Source: Eledone cirrhosa
Taxonomy: Eukaryota
DNA length: 64,000 nucleotides
Direction: 5' to 3'
NCBI GenBank assembly: GCA_964016885.1
Contig: OZ024741.1
Coordinates: 315,332,001-315,396,000 of the forward strand
Shown in pieces: positions 1-14,565 of this stretch; the first letter of the stretch is position 1; every line of letters starts with the position of its first letter. The translations under genes were made by a program, and so were the position numbers. The notes under the pieces are model-generated. The model was not told the DNA's origin and searched no databases. It saw nothing but the letters and a program-made list of their open reading frames with translations.

Positions 1-821
1 TGGAAAAAAGGATGCTCTGAAACTACCATACTCTCTTCCTTCGGGTGAAACTCTGGTGGCTTCCAATAACATCAGAGACCTGGGAGTAATTGTGGACAAC
101 AATATAAGCTGGGCCACTCATATAAACACCAAAGTTGATATGGCCTGCAGAATGTGTTCCTGGATTCTCAGAATTTTCCAGTCGAGAGATTATCCACACT
201 GTTGTCCTTCTCTTCTCCACTTTTGCCCGACCCCACCTTGAATACTGTTGTCCACTGTGGTCACCCCACACGAAACAAAGTATCATGAAAGTTGAAGCAC
301 CCCAAAGGTCAATTACAAAAAAGTTAGTTGGCATCTCAGGCCTTGACTATTGGGGTCGATTAAAAAAGCTCAAACTTTATTCTCTTCAACGTCGCCGTGA
401 ACGCAACATTATCTGTATGATGTGGAAAATATTCCATCAGCTTAGCCCAAATGATGTTGGCATCATCTTTAGTGTACAGCCAAGGCTTGGGCCCCGTGCT
501 ATGCGCCCAGGATAAAAATCCCACTCGCATCACATAACAACAATACGGCACAATTATTTCACCTCAATTGGCCCTGCACTCTTTAACATTACACCAAAAC
601 ACATCAAAGCAGAGACAAACCCCATCAAGTTCAAGAAGTCTTTGGATAAATTCCTTCAAAAAATCCCGGATAAGCCCCTTACACCCGGATATGCATCCGT
701 AAACAATAACTCTCTGTTCGAGTGGGCCATGGTGCCCAAACACTGATTTGTAAGACTTCGCCAGGTGGTGCTATTAAGCTAGACATGGCCTGGGCCAATA
801 CTGGCCGAAACTTATCAAAGT

Positions 822-822
<1 letters not shown>
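1..822 (+). mobile_element. 3' fragment of a CR1/Jockey-group LINE (RT thumb/C-terminus and 3' end), frameshifted
   Basis: Peptides IRDLGVIVDNNISWATHI and RPHLEYCCPLWSPH...LKLYSLQRRRER are typical of the CR1-group RT C-terminus. Split over two frames and ends at (TA)n. Confidence 0.8.
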
Positions 823-916
<94 letters not shown>

Positions 917-919
<3 letters not shown>

Positions 920-1014
920 GTACTCTGGTGGGTTATGGTCCACCTGGTATTTTACCTCACCATGTGTGTATGGCGTGTGTATTCACATATGCACGTGTAT
1001 GTATGTATATGTGC

Positions 1015-1064
<50 letters not shown>

Positions 1065-1310
1065 GAACACGCACATATACATACATACACGTGCATATTT
1101 ATGAATACACACGCCATAAACACATGGTGAGGTAAAATACCAGGTGGACCATAACCCCCCACAGTACTGAATACTTGATATAGTAGAGTGGGTAATATGA
1201 AAAGATTCAGGACCTCCACTTTTGAGCTCCGGTCGTTTCGTCAGCTAGATCTGGAGTTCGGATCTAGCTGTCGAAACGACCGGAGCTCAGCCGTCGGGGT
1301 CCAGAAGCAT
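917..1310. mobile_element. Fold-back fragments of PLE pseudo-LTR family A
   Basis: Inverted repeat 917-1017/1065-1168 around (TA)n and palindrome 1223-1290. The same sequence (ccaggtggaccataac...gagctc...cgtttcgacagcta) recurs near 9675, 19515, 20925, 22680, 44950 and 54180. Confidence 0.7.
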
Positions 1311-1382
1311 TTGATATATATATATATATATATATAATTAGGGATCAAAGAATCAGTTTTGCATCATATACATATTTAATGG

Positions 1383-1472
1383 CATATTACATATCTCCCT
1401 GCCGATCAGTTGCTCGAGGAACGAGCGATTATGTTCGTTCCGGACTCTGGAATCGAAAGCTCCTCAGATATG
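1383..1472 (-). ncRNA. Degenerate type I hammerhead ribozyme
   Basis: Minus strand reads CAUAU-CUGAGGA-long stem II-GAGA-UAUG-UA-AUAUG. Stem I is perfect but GAAA is changed to GAGA. Confidence 0.5.
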
Positions 1473-1594
1473 ATGCAACACTGGTTCTTTGTCCCCTAAT
1501 TATTAATGATACTCTGCTCCCGAATAACATAGGATACTCATCTTGACATACCGACTGTGAACGCAATCCAATATCACCCTTTACTACTACTATA

Positions 1595-1704
<110 letters not shown>

Positions 1705-1835
1705 ATTAAAAATGCTTTAAAGCGTCGAAATATCCGTACCACCCAACACACCCGTTCTTGCGTTCTTCTTACTCTCATTCCATTTTTAAGCCTAACTTAA
1801 CTAGCAACTACACATCCGCCATGTTCTCTCTCTCT

Positions 1836-1971
<136 letters not shown>

Positions 1972-2040
1972 TATGAAGAGAGAAGAAACATTTAGATATA
2001 ATTAGTAATAAAATGTATCATACCTGAACTGTTCCTAAAT

Positions 2041-2128
2041 TCCTCGACTACGTAGTTTCGTGGCATAAACAAAAACAATATATCAAAGATATAGAGTCCT
2101 TGCGAGGTCTGCCGACTTATCAAGAGGA
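2041..2128 (-). ncRNA. Type I hammerhead ribozyme, U3-A8 core variant (unit 1)
   Basis: UCCUC-UUGAUAA-GUcGGCA...UGCCAC-GAAA-CUACGUAG-UC/GAGGA: 5-bp stem I, stem II, palindromic stem III and GUC cleavage triplet. Confidence 0.85.
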
Positions 2129-2631
2129 TACCTCATTTTACTAGTCTCAAGAACGCGTCTACACGACGTGAGAAAGAATCCCAAAAGGCGGAGGGGGAGA
2201 TAGTCACGCGATATAACGGTCGAGAAACAGAGCTAAGCCTCTTATAACCACGAAGAAAATACCACAGAGGCGGAGGGGGTATTCATATCGAGGCCGTAGA
2301 AGAGGTAGTGAAGAAGGCGAGAAGTATGAGTAATGGAAGCTTTCCAGTTGTCCCCACACCTCAAAGATTGCTCGACCAGAGGGAGTTATTAATATATTTA
2401 GAAACACACAGATATATGCGGACACACACATATATACATGAATGCATCCGCACCCAACTGTGAGTTAAGGGTGCCAACTTCACCGATGTTGCTCAATGAA
2501 TGACTGGGACAGACCAATTCAGTTTGAACCAGACTGAACCAGTATCAGAGTTAAAAATACATTATGAAGAGAGAAGAAACATTTAGATATAATTAGTAAT
2601 AAAATGTATCATACCTGAACTGTTCCTAAAT

Positions 2632-2719
2632 TCCTCGACTATGTAGTTTCGTGGCATAAACAAAAACAATATATCAAAGATATAGAGTCCTTGCGAGGTC
2701 TGCCGACTTATCAAGAGGA
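2632..2719 (-). ncRNA. Type I hammerhead ribozyme, U3-A8 core variant (unit 2)
   Basis: Same as unit 1 with one change in the stem III loop (CUACAUAG). Confidence 0.8.
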
Positions 2720-3222
2720 TACCTCATTTTACTAGTCTCAAGAACGCGTCTACACGACGTGAGAAAGAATCCCAAAAGGCGGAGGGGGAGATAGTCACGC
2801 GATATAACGGTCGAGAAACAGAGCTAAGCCTCTTATAACCACGAAGAAAATACCACAGAGGCGGAGGGGGTATTCATATCGAGGCCGTAGAAGAGGTAGT
2901 GAAGAAGGCGAGAAGTATGAGTAATGGAAGCTTTCCAGTTGTCCCCACACCTCAAAGATTGCTCGACCAGAGGGAGTTATTAATATATTTAGAAACACAC
3001 AGATATATGCGGACACACACATATATACATGAATGCATCCGCACCCAACTGTGAGTTAAGGGTGCCAACTTCACCGATGTTGCTCAATGAATGACTGGGA
3101 CAGACCAATTCAGTTTGAACCAGACTGAACCAGTATCAGAGTTAAAAATACATTATGAAGAGAGAAGAAACATTTAGATATAATTAGTAATAAAATGTAT
3201 CATACCTGAACTGTTCCTAAAT

Positions 3223-3310
3223 TCCTCGACTACGTAGTTTCGTGGCATAAACAAAAACAATATATCAAAGATATAGAGTCCTTGCGAGGTCTGCCGACTT
3301 ATCAAGAGGA
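3223..3310 (-). ncRNA. Type I hammerhead ribozyme, U3-A8 core variant (unit 3)
   Basis: Same sequence as unit 1. Confidence 0.85.
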
Positions 3311-3511
3311 TACCTCATTTTACTAGTCTCAAGAACGCGTCTACACGACGTGAGAAAGAATCCCAAAAGGCGGAGGGGGAGATAGTCACGCGATATAACG
3401 GTCGAGAAACAGAGCTAAGCCTCTTATAACCACGAAGAAAATACCACAGAGGCGGAGGGGGTATTCATATCGAGGCCGTAGAAGAGGTAGTGAAGAAGGC
3501 GAGAAGTATGA

Positions 3512-3738
<227 letters not shown>

Positions 3739-4282
3739 TATATTCATATATATATATATATATATATAATATATATATATAAACATATTTAATACAATAA
3801 CAGAGATAGTTTAAAGCTAAACTCTGACTGGTATCCATCTCACTCAACAAACATTAGGTTATATTAAAATATAAACCCAATTTAAGTGTTTGGGGTGCTA
3901 ACAATATGTATAATGTGGAAAAACCAGTTGTATTATTTTATGAGATATAATTAAAGTTAAAATACATCTCTCTTTCCAAATAATTGTTTCATTATAAGTT
4001 TTCTACAAGTTGGGAGAAATATTTTCAGTTTATGTAGAAGCCTAATATATATTCATATAAGAATATATTTAGGTGGGCGCTTATAAATCATCAGTGGAAG
4101 CCCATTAAACTTTGATATAAGAAAGAAATTCTTACCGCAGTCAAAAATCGTGTCTGTTAAGTTGCTCCTTCTCGCATCAAATGACCGCCAAATTTGAAAT
4201 TCCAGCAGTTCTTGACTGAGGAAGTATCATAGCGACACGAAGCGGGAAGGGGAGACAACTACGATCCACGAAAGGAGGAAAA

Positions 4283-4785
4283 AAATAATATACACGCGGG
4301 TTAATTAGTTTTTTCGAAAACATTATCAATCCAACGTGTTAAGAACTCAATTGCAAATAAAAAAAATAAATATATGCGTGTATAAATTACACACGCATAT
4401 AGATATTTTCTTAGGCTAAATCAGAAGTTGTTCCCGAATAAGAACCGCATCTCATAACCGCAGTAAATACAGAAAGTCATGCTTTAAAGGGCAAATGGGA
4501 ATGTAAATCTCCGGCCGAATTAAGAGTAAAATATAAAACACACGCGGGTTGATTAGTCATTTCAAAATTAATATCAATTCCTCGTGTAAAGAACTCTATT
4601 AATTAAAGAAAATAAATGTATGCATGTAATTATATACATAGGCATATATATATTTTTTTCGGCTAAAAAACAGAGAAGTTACAACAAAAAAAAAAACACA
4701 TTTCACAACAGTAATAAATACGGAAAGTCAAATTCATAAGGTACCTGGAAATAAACACCTCTGGCCAATCAAGAGTAAATATATA
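4283..4785. repeat. Diverged tandem duplication of about 250 bp
   Basis: The motifs cacgcgggtt.attag, aagaactc, ggctaaa..agaagtt and cagtaa..acggaaagtca occur twice in the same order. Confidence 0.65.
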
Positions 4786-4841
4786 TAAACATATACATTT
4801 ACATATATATATATATATATATATAATATATATATATAAAC

Positions 4842-4917
<76 letters not shown>

Positions 4918-4998
4918 ATATACATATATATATATATATATATTTAATATATATATATAATATATATATATATAAACATATACATATATATATATTAT

Positions 4999-5084
<86 letters not shown>

Positions 5085-5086
<2 letters not shown>

Positions 5087-5690
5087 AATATTTATAAGTC
5101 GTTTGGAAGCCTCGACAATGCAAATGGGTAAATCTCCGGGTAACAAGGTCCGGTGGTGGAGAGAGAGATATGTAAGTGGGTGTACGTTGAGATGCGTGGT
5201 GTGTATAAGATGTGTGAGATGTGTAGAATGAAGGGAAGAGTAAAAGAATAAAAATAATAATAACAACACAAGAGAGAGTTACCTTGGGAGAGATTTAATA
5301 GTCCCTATATATTTCGGATTCACATCCATCAACTGGGGTTTTTTCCGGGGTGGGGGAAAAGGTTGTCTGTCGGACAACTCGGAAAAAACCCCAGTTGATG
5401 GATGTGAATCCGAAATATATAGGGACTATTAAATCTCTCCCAAGGTAACTCTCTCTCTCTTGTGTTGTTATTATTATTTTTATTCTTTTACTCTTCCCTT
5501 CATTCTACACATCTCACACATCTTATACACACCACGCATCTCAACGTACACCCACTTACATATCTCTCTCTCCACCACCGGACCTTGTTACCCGGAGATT
5601 TACCCATTTGCATTGTCGAGGCTTCCAAACGACTTATAAATATTTACTATTGTTCCACAATGCTTCAAGCAAACTTCAATACTCTCATAT
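5085..5690. mobile_element. Fold-back PLE-type pseudo-LTR, family B
   Basis: Arms at about 5085-5350 and 5378-5645 are near-perfect inverted copies. The same family is folded back again at 20085-20512. Flanked by (TA)n. Confidence 0.7.
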
Positions 5691-7599
5691 ATATATATAT
5701 ATATATACATGTTCCATTGTCCTTTGTCGTCGCCCCCCCCCCCCCTCCATTCGGTTTGTTTACTTCGTTTTTTCCTCTTTCTTCCTCTCTCTTCACTATT
5801 TTTTTCTTTTCTTTCCCTCATGCCATTTTGATCGATAAAAGTGCGTGAGTGAGTGTCATCATCATCATCATTTACCGTCCGGTTTCTCTAAAGGTCAGTG
5901 TTGCGCCGGTTTTTATAGACAAACCCAGTACTAAATCGGACTTTATTTACCTCCTAGATAGGCCGACGCGTCTGTGTCGCTTACGTAGCCATATTGAGAA
6001 ATCGTGTTTTTTTACACAAATTGAAGGGTCCTTCTAGCCCCTTGTTTTGTAAGCTTTTTTACGACTGGGTGCCCTTCGAAACACCAACCACTTTACAGCG
6101 AATGCGGAGAAGAGGACCATACGATGCAGCACTGCCTTGTTTCCCCTCTACTACCCAACCAGTGCAGCTTAAAAGATCTCGCAGAATTTAATAATTGTTT
6201 CTACTTTTGGCACAAGGCCAGTAATTACCCAGTACATTACTGGTACTTAATAATAATGCAAAGAACTGTGTAAAGAAATGGGAAACTGTCATATAACCAC
6301 ATGCTTCGAAGATACGAAAAGAAGAAGAAGAAACGTGTACTGAGTAATTTTATAGCGTAGACCACCAGAACCAAGGACGTAATTGTGTCATTGACACAAC
6401 TAAAGAGTCCTAACAACCCTTTTAGGCATATTATCAACAGCTAGTACACTTCCTATTCCCAACCACGTGTACGCCGAGTACCATATGCACATTCGTAGCA
6501 CCATCACAAGATAGGCGGGTCATAAATCCAACTGTAAAACCGTCTCAGCTCTGGCGAGGAGAGCAACATGAGAGGGAGACAGTATGAAGTTATAGGTGTG
6601 TGTGGAGATTTGACAGGCCAATGAGTAAAGGTGCATGGATGCATCAGATCATATTTTATGCTTCTGACCGTGTGCCTTCCTCATCACAACATAATGCCAG
6701 CCCTCTGGGTGATTTGTCATTTCAATTGTAAGGCCGTGACAGGAGCAATGATTAACCAGGAATAATAATAATAATGATAATGAGGATCGATATCTAATTA
6801 TTTCGATCTTGTTACTTACAATTTGCTCAACAATTTGATTTGGAGCATACGTATAAGATCATTCGTAAAGCAACATTCCCGGCCAGAATATTAAGCTATG
6901 GAAACAGTGTAATTATTGTATAGACCGATTAACATATGAAAACAATGCGTAGCACACACACATCCACCGGAATACAAAATCTATGTCTACGCTGGTACAA
7001 TACTGTTTCGAATTCCGTGGAGAATCCATAACATGCAAAATCCGCACAAAAGAATTCTCATCAATTAGCAAGTCCATTGGGAGATTTCCAAAATTCGACC
7101 TTACTACTAAATGTTCAAGTTCATGCCAGTAGCTCACGTGTGGCATTAACTGCTAGTCTGTCAGCAAATGACAGCTGCAGTGGTAGATTGAATGAGGTTG
7201 GCGGTAATGATGAATATAGCAGCAGACTTCACCAACATGGAGCACTAATATTTGAGTGTGTGTGTGCGTGTGTATGTGAGTGTGTTTGCGTGATTGTTGT
7301 TGTTTTGTACAAAGCTGTAAGTATATGTAATTCTGATCGTAATGAAGCCGTAGGAAACTCGAGGGTTGAATATGTTCACAAGTGTTACAGCGGGCAATGT
7401 AGTGGTGACAGTGGATGTGTGTATAGAAGCACGCGCGAACCGATGTGTGCAAGGGTAAATATAGATTGTAGGAAATGTGGAGAAGAGTTGAGTCCCTTTG
7501 GAAAACCTGACCCAGGGAGTGTTATCAAATTCTGCTCAAGCATGTTGCGTGAAACCCGCGTTCCGTGTTGCAATAGAACACCCAGGACTAAGGCATATA

Positions 7600-9600
7600 G
7601 AGAGGAATGGTCTTAGGAACGGAAGTAACGAGCAACTAGGGTATCCCTGTTAAGTCTTGTGTCCCTCAAGTTTTCTGCGAATCAGTTCGCTAGACAGCGG
7701 CTTGTTTGTTTGATGTATAAGGACCCAGATATGAACAACCGGTGGGCATAGACAACGTTGGTGGATGTACAGGTAAAGAAGTGGCGGATACGGAAAGAAG
7801 CATTAGTGCCAGGGTGTGTGGTGCGATTGGAGATGTAGGAACAAGGGACGAGAGCCAAGGTAGAGTCGTAGAGGAGGAGGGGGAAGGAGCTGCGCACCAG
7901 TAGGTCGCGGAGATTAAGAGTACGCTTAAAGTGGGTGATGTGTATTTTGGGAAAGAAGCGAGAAGAGACGGCATCAGAAGAGAAGGTGCAGAAGCGAATG
8001 AAGATACGGTGCCGGAAAGTTGAGGTGGTGAATTGATAGGTGTGGTGGAAAGAGTGCTGTGATACAATCAGTTTCACGGGCGCGGTTTACAGCAGCTTCG
8101 ATCAGGGAATGGGATATTCGCGCTGGATGAAGGCTGAGGCCATGTGCTGGGACTGGGACTCGAAATCGCGGTCCTGGCTACAGAGAAGAAGAAGAAGTGG
8201 GAGGAATTTGGGATTATAGGTGTGGAGAGTTTGGTGGGGATGAGGTGGGAGATGTTGAAATTGAAGTAGGAGTGTGTGCCAGTAGGTTTATAGAAGATGG
8301 GGAATGTGAGGGAGTGGTGAGAGAGGTTAATGGCGAGTAAGATGTCAAGAAATTGGATGGAAGAGATAATAGACGGAGATAGTGAAGGTAAGGGAGGGTT
8401 GGAATATTTAGACACAAGAAAGAAAGTAGCCTAGGTGTTCACGGAAGAGAGAAGTGATACCTATACAGTCACCGGTCTAACGGCCGTATTACTCAGAGGT
8501 AGGTCTAGTATACTGGGAGAATATTTTGGCTTCGACGTAGCCAACGAACAAGTTGGCGTAGTTAGGGCTCATTCTATTTCCCTTAGCTACCCCCAGAAAC
8601 TTGCTGGTAATAATCTCCTGAAAGGAGAAAGCCGTGGAGGTTGAGAACGAGCTCAGGAAGGTGACGAGTAGAAGTGATAAAAGAGGTGGTGGGGCGTGAA
8701 TCTAAAAAGTGTAGGAGGGCATGGCGGCCGTTATCGTGAGTGATGACGTTATAAAGAGAGGTGATGTCAATTGTGAAGAGGGATGACACGAGCCAGGAGA
8801 GAAAGAGAAGTAGTCGGAGGACAACATAAGTATCATTGACGTGGGAAGTGAGGTTGGCGACTAAAGGAGCAAGGACCGTGCCCAAGTATTTGGGGGTGAA
8901 TACAGTGGGAGAGTTGCAAGGAGACGGCCAAGGTTGTTAGGTTTGTGAATCTTGGGGAGGAAGAAAGCGGTGGCAGATCGGGGTGTACGTACTAAAGATT
9001 AATGGTAGTGTGGGCGGGAGATGAGTTGGTAGATGGTGAATGTAATGATCGGTTGGTAGCAGAGAGTGGGTTTGGAATATAGAGGGTGATAAAAATGGGA
9101 GATGTGAAGCTGGCGGTTAGCCTTAGCCAAGTAGAGGTCCCTGTGCCATATACCACTGCACCACGTTTGTCGACGGGTTTAATGACAATGTTGGCGAAAC
9201 GCTGTAGGGGTGGAGCGCTCAACATAAGGGAGGTTGGAGTGATGAGAATCCTTTCAAAAATTGAAGCGTTTCAAGGTGGGGTGGCGTGTGTCCACGAAGA
9301 CCTCTATCGGAAGCAGAGCACTCACTTTCAAAGAGGGATAGGTCTGGAAGTAAAGAAACAACAGTGTGGAGTGTCTGAGAGAGAGATAGTAGTAGAGGAC
9401 GTGATGGAGTTGGTGTGGTTAAGTGTCACATGTACGGCATCAGGCTTGGGAACGGAAGGTGGGTTGGGGAGAATGGAGAGAGAGGTATATGGAGGAATGG
9501 TAGGGTTAGGGTCGAAGGTGAGGTGAGTCAAAGGTGGGAAGGCGCAAAGCGGAGCGGGTCAAGTTTATGTTTCTTGACATAGGTCAGGAAGATGAAGAGC
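7600..9600 (-). pseudogene. Decayed Neptune-like Penelope element (RT plus GIY-YIG)
   Basis: Fragments IVIKPVDKRGAVV, LFTIDITSLYNVITHDNG, YYQQVSG, IFYKPTGTHSYFNF and FTCTSTNVVY...SLYIKQTSRCL occur in the expected order, with many frameshifts. Confidence 0.8.
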
Positions 9601-9875
9601 AGAATTATTTGGAGACTAGATTGGGCGAGGAAGGGAAGGCAAGTAGAAGAGAGTTTATATATATATATATATATAATGAAGGAAGTGTGGTATAGAACCA
9701 GGTGGACCATAACGCACCAGAGTACTCGATACTTGGGGTAGTAGAGTGGGTAATAGGAAAAGAGTCAGAACTCTGACGGCTGAGCTCCGGCCGTTTCGAC
9801 AGCTAGGTCTGACCGAGTTCAGATCTAGCTGTCAAAACGGTCGGAGCTCAGCCGTCGGGGTTCTGGCGCTTTTCC

Positions 9876-9912
<37 letters not shown>

Positions 9913-10458
9913 TGTCCTTTTTCTTTTAATTTTCTAAAGTTTAACAATACTAACGTGAGGATCACATTATCTCCCTCCCTCCCACACACACATACCTTAA
10001 TTTCAATGGCTTATATATTTTTAACACAATATCTTGCTTTCTTCTTCCTCCTTTTTTTCTTCTTTTCTTTTCTCTTCTGTTTTTTTCCCTTTGTTTCATC
10101 CATGTGATTGTTATGCTATAAGAGGAACCAATCTTTTCACCTGACCTTATATAAAATGTTATGTGCACTTGTAGCGTAATTGCTTTAAATTCATGTTTGC
10201 CGTTAAACTTTTTCTCCGCTGGACATCTTCTGGCTTGTGTTGCACGCTGTGACTCCAGGTGGACCAGTAGTGCCGTTGGTAGGGGTCGAAACTCCAAAAG
10301 TCATCTCAATGTATCTTTCGTTGGTATTTTTATTCGTTTGTATTTTTAATCATTTTTAAGGTTTTGCTTTAAAATGTTATTTTTCGTTTTGCCTTGTTTC
10401 CGTTCGTTGTCTTGTTCTATCTTTGCTAATTTTCTTAAGTTTATTTATATATATGTAT

Positions 10459-10587
<129 letters not shown>

Positions 10588-10794
10588 AAACATCACGGAC
10601 GCTCTATCTCAAAATTAGTTTTGAAAAGCATTAGAAATGCGCAACCGGTAAAACTTAAAACGAAAACTGAATACTAACCAATACTATTACTAATTATCAC
10701 TTATTCCTAATTAAACTATTTTTCACTGTGAACAATTTGTCAGCATTTTCTATTCCGTTTACCAATATATATGTATATATACATATGTATATAT

Positions 10795-10869
<75 letters not shown>

Positions 10870-10876
10870 CATATAA

Positions 10877-10908
<32 letters not shown>

Positions 10909-11300
10909 TGTTATACTTTGGGAGGGTCATGTTGCCAATAAGAAACACACGCACCAGTTGCTTTCACTTCAATTTATTATAATAAATTTATAATATATTT
11001 ATAAATTTATAAATTTCTGGTTGGTTGGTTCCACAACCAGATAGTTGTTTATATATTGTCATAGTTCTTTCGTCACACACTCTGTGACCTCTTTAGTGAC
11101 TGGGGATTCCTTTCTTTGTTTCTGTGCCTCTCCTTTGTTCTGTCCTACGCCATTTTGTTTCTGTGTGTGTGTTGTGTGCTCAGTCTGCGCATGCACCACA
11201 TCCGGGTGTCTGTGTGTGTTTATGTTCATTTATTTATTTGTTTATTTACATGTTACTGGTTGGTTGTTTGTTTATGTGTGTGTGTGTTTTCATTTTGTCC

Positions 11301-13560
11301 TTAATTGTAAGTTGTGATGTTGCTGTTCCACTCATATCTTCTATTTAATTTTGGTTGTAATTCTTTTATGTTTATTGCCTCTGTAATTTGCCTAAACATT
11401 GCGTCTTTTCTGTGTGTAGATTCTATTTTTATTTCTATGTTCTCTAATTTACCCTTGTGTTCTATTTTAGCATGTTGGTAGAGTACAGATGATTCTTTAC
11501 TATCTTGAAGGTCTCGCCAGTGTTCATTTATCCGTTCTCCTACACTACGAGCTGTCTCACCTATGTACACTAATTTTTGTCTCTACATTGTCCTTCAGTA
11601 CATCTTATGCTATACACTACATTTCTAGTTTTGCAGTTAATATGGGGGTTTATTTTACAGGTTATACATTTCTTATCTATACATGAGGTTCTTTGAAAAG
11701 GGTATGTCTTGCTAATGAGTGTTTTTACGGAGGTACCTGGTCTTTCTACTATCTTAATATTGAGTTTATGTTTGTTTAGGGCCCTTCTAAATTTGTAAGC
11801 TAATTCCCCTCTAGGGGTTGTATCGATGAACATTACACTCTGATATTTATTGCTATCATACCATGAGTTTATTCTATTAGCCTTGTTCCTAGTTCTTTCT
11901 ATTCTATTCCAAAATTTGCTCCTATACAAGGGGCAGGTCCCATTTATGTCATTATTTACCATTTTTTTCCATTTGGTTCTGGCTCCTCTATACACTCTGA
12001 TTTTATCTCTCTGATTGTAGCCAGAGAACTGCATACGGTGCATGAAGTGTTGTATGTGTCTCTCTAGTTCTTCGGGGTTGCACATGCGGGACACGTTTCT
12101 CATCACCCGTACCAAATCCGCAATCAGTATGTTGATTTTGGTATGGTCCGAAACGGCCGAGTTTCGGTGGATCAGATGTTTGGAAGTCATGGGTTTGGCA
12201 TAATGGGAATGGAGGATTTGTTTTTTGTTGTTAATGGTATCTAACCAGAGCTCTGTGTCTAGTACAGGTAATCGATGGTTGGGGTGTTTACTTGGGTAGT
12301 CTATAGTAACTCTAATGCTCTGGTGGATAGAGTTTGCTATTTGCTGGATGCTTTCCATTGTGTTTTTCTCTAGTTCCTGACTGTTCTCTAGAGGGGGTGT
12401 CTTAACTACGATGTTTATATCATCAACGTAGTGGGAGTAGATTATCAGGGTTAAGGGGCTTCTAATTGTTCTCTAAGTTTAAGTTTAAGTCTACTGTCCC
12501 ACCATACCATGTATAAGTTAGCTATGTCGCCTGCAATGCTAACACCAATGGCAATGCTCCTTCCTCTTGGGCATATGTTTTTCCATTAAATTTGAACATA
12601 TGTTCCTTAAGGGTTAGTTTTATGCTGGCCCCTACCGCATGTGCAATCATTTTCTTCAGTTCATCGTGGTTTTCGGGTGTCCGATTGGCTCTGGTCCACC
12701 CGTTCCATCTATCTGTGTGGGTTTTCTTGGCCATTGGGGTAATGGTAGGTGGTCTGCCTCTTGCTGGTCTTGTAGGGCACAGGTTGCTAAGGTCATATGT
12801 GTCTAGGTAATTATTACTATAGGTAAGTTTAAGTAGGAGTCCCAGCTCACTGGTATCAATCCCACGGAACTCAACATTGCTCTCACTGATCATTTCTACG
12901 TATTTATCCACAGCAAAATCCACGTCAATAGATGGATACAGGGACACAACATCCATACTGCCTATTATGCAGTTTGTTAGGTCCCTAGATCGGTTACTCA
13001 CGCCGATTGTGCGGAGGAGGTCCTCCGCGCTGTCACATACATCTGGGGACATTTCAATGATGGGGCGTATGATCAGGGAGAGGAAGTAGGACAGTCTGTA
13101 GTTACTAGCAATGTTAGCTCCACAGACTGGCCGTGTTGGTGGTCCCGTGACAGGGTCACTGCCCGTTTTATGTTCTTTTCGAAGCCCATACAACGCCGGC
13201 ACGTCATTGTTCCAGGCCTGGAAGTTGTTGGCAGTCCTTTTGTTGGGCTGCATTATATTCGTCCACATCACCATATGGGCATTGAGGGCTTTTTCTCTAT
13301 CCTCATGCTCCTGTGGTGTTACCTCTCTTGTGTTAGTGATGTGGGGTTGCATTGCCTGGACTGCCAACAACTTCCAGGCCAACAACTTCCCGCAGACTTA
13401 TCTTCCTTCCCCCTTTTGTTTGCCTATATCTGACCGGTAGTAGTTGTCTTTCTTCTTATAGCTGACATTAACCCTGACTTCTTTTCTTCTTCCTTCCCCT
13501 TCTTCTCTCTCCTTCCTTTCTTTCTTTCTTTTATCTTGTGGCATGAGATTGACGCTAACT
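11301..13560 (-). pseudogene. Penelope-like element RT-EN ORF (Neptune/Nematis-type), interrupted by several stops or frameshifts
   Basis: TRPVCGA, IGSMDVVSLYPSID, YVDD (about 12420), TIDYPS..LPVLD, Cys linker CIDKKCITC and VVYSIRC...YIGETARSVGERINEH...EAINI...LNRR. Confidence 0.9.
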
Positions 13561-13735
13561 TATGTTCCCATCCCTTTCTGTTTTCGTTTATCTGACCGGT
13601 AGTAGCACACTGTGAAGTTTAGCCACGTAACTCGAGGGCGACCGGTTGAGGTTGAAGGAGCAGAATAGCGGTCGCCCTCGGGTCCTCGATTTTCAGCCTC
13701 ATGGATTTTATCTATTACATTCACGTATTATATTT

Positions 13736-13800
13736 CGAATACCTGATGATATCACCGGATTCATACGGAACCCGGTCATTGAAATGATCATAGTATAATA
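13736..13800 (+). ncRNA. Minimal hammerhead motif in the inverted pseudo-LTR 5' of the PLE
   Basis: CUGAUGA-UAU.ACCGG...CCGGU.AUU-GAAA-UGA-UC, with weak stem I. Confidence 0.5.
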
Positions 13801-13875
13801 AACCTTTCAAGGATTTACACAAATCCAGCCTCCTGTCATTTCATTATAATTATATATATATATATATATGAATTT

Positions 13876-13957
13876 GTTTCCTGATGATTTCGAAGCTCGA
13901 GAATGTATCCTTGATCGGATATTTCCGAAAGCGAATGAAACCCTAAAGGGTAGAAAC
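13876..13957 (+). ncRNA. Type I hammerhead ribozyme
   Basis: GUUUC-CUGAUGA-stem II-GAAA-CCC UAAA GGG-UA/GAAAC: canonical core with full stem III. Confidence 0.85.
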
Positions 13958-14014
13958 GTAATCCTGGTATGTTTATATGCATTTGTTCTTCTAACTTTAT
14001 ATATAGAACTTCTA

Positions 14015-14122
<108 letters not shown>

Positions 14123-14124
14123 TA

Positions 14125-14183
<59 letters not shown>

Positions 14184-14188
14184 GCATA

Positions 14189-14239
<51 letters not shown>

Positions 14240-14248
14240 GCATATATT

Positions 14249-14282
<34 letters not shown>

Positions 14283-14286
14283 CATA

Positions 14287-14365
<79 letters not shown>

Positions 14366-14460
14366 GTATAATTTTATATATATATAAATATATATATATA
14401 CATAAAATTGAAAAAGTGGAGAATAACATGGTCAACAGTACAAAAAAGGGGATTTATTTG

Positions 14461-14565
14461 CAGTCTAACAATTCTTTCACTGCTAGAGGTGTCTGAAAAT
14501 TGCTGAAAACTAAAAGCAGTGCCACTCAATTTTAAATACGATCTAAATTAGATCTTCAGAAACTG
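14461..14565 (-). ncRNA. Type I hammerhead motif (degenerate stem III)
   Basis: CAGUUU-CUGAAGA-...-GAAA-GAAUUG-UU/AGACUG, with a 6-bp stem I. Confidence 0.55.

Noticed and set aside
4018-4098. Minus-strand CUGAUGA...GAAA with internal hairpins
   Set aside because: No stem I and an offset stem II. Probably a relic.
6700-7100. Possible very old Penelope GIY-YIG remnant on the minus strand (CVC...SYVNRS)
   Set aside because: Similarity is too weak to support without a profile search.
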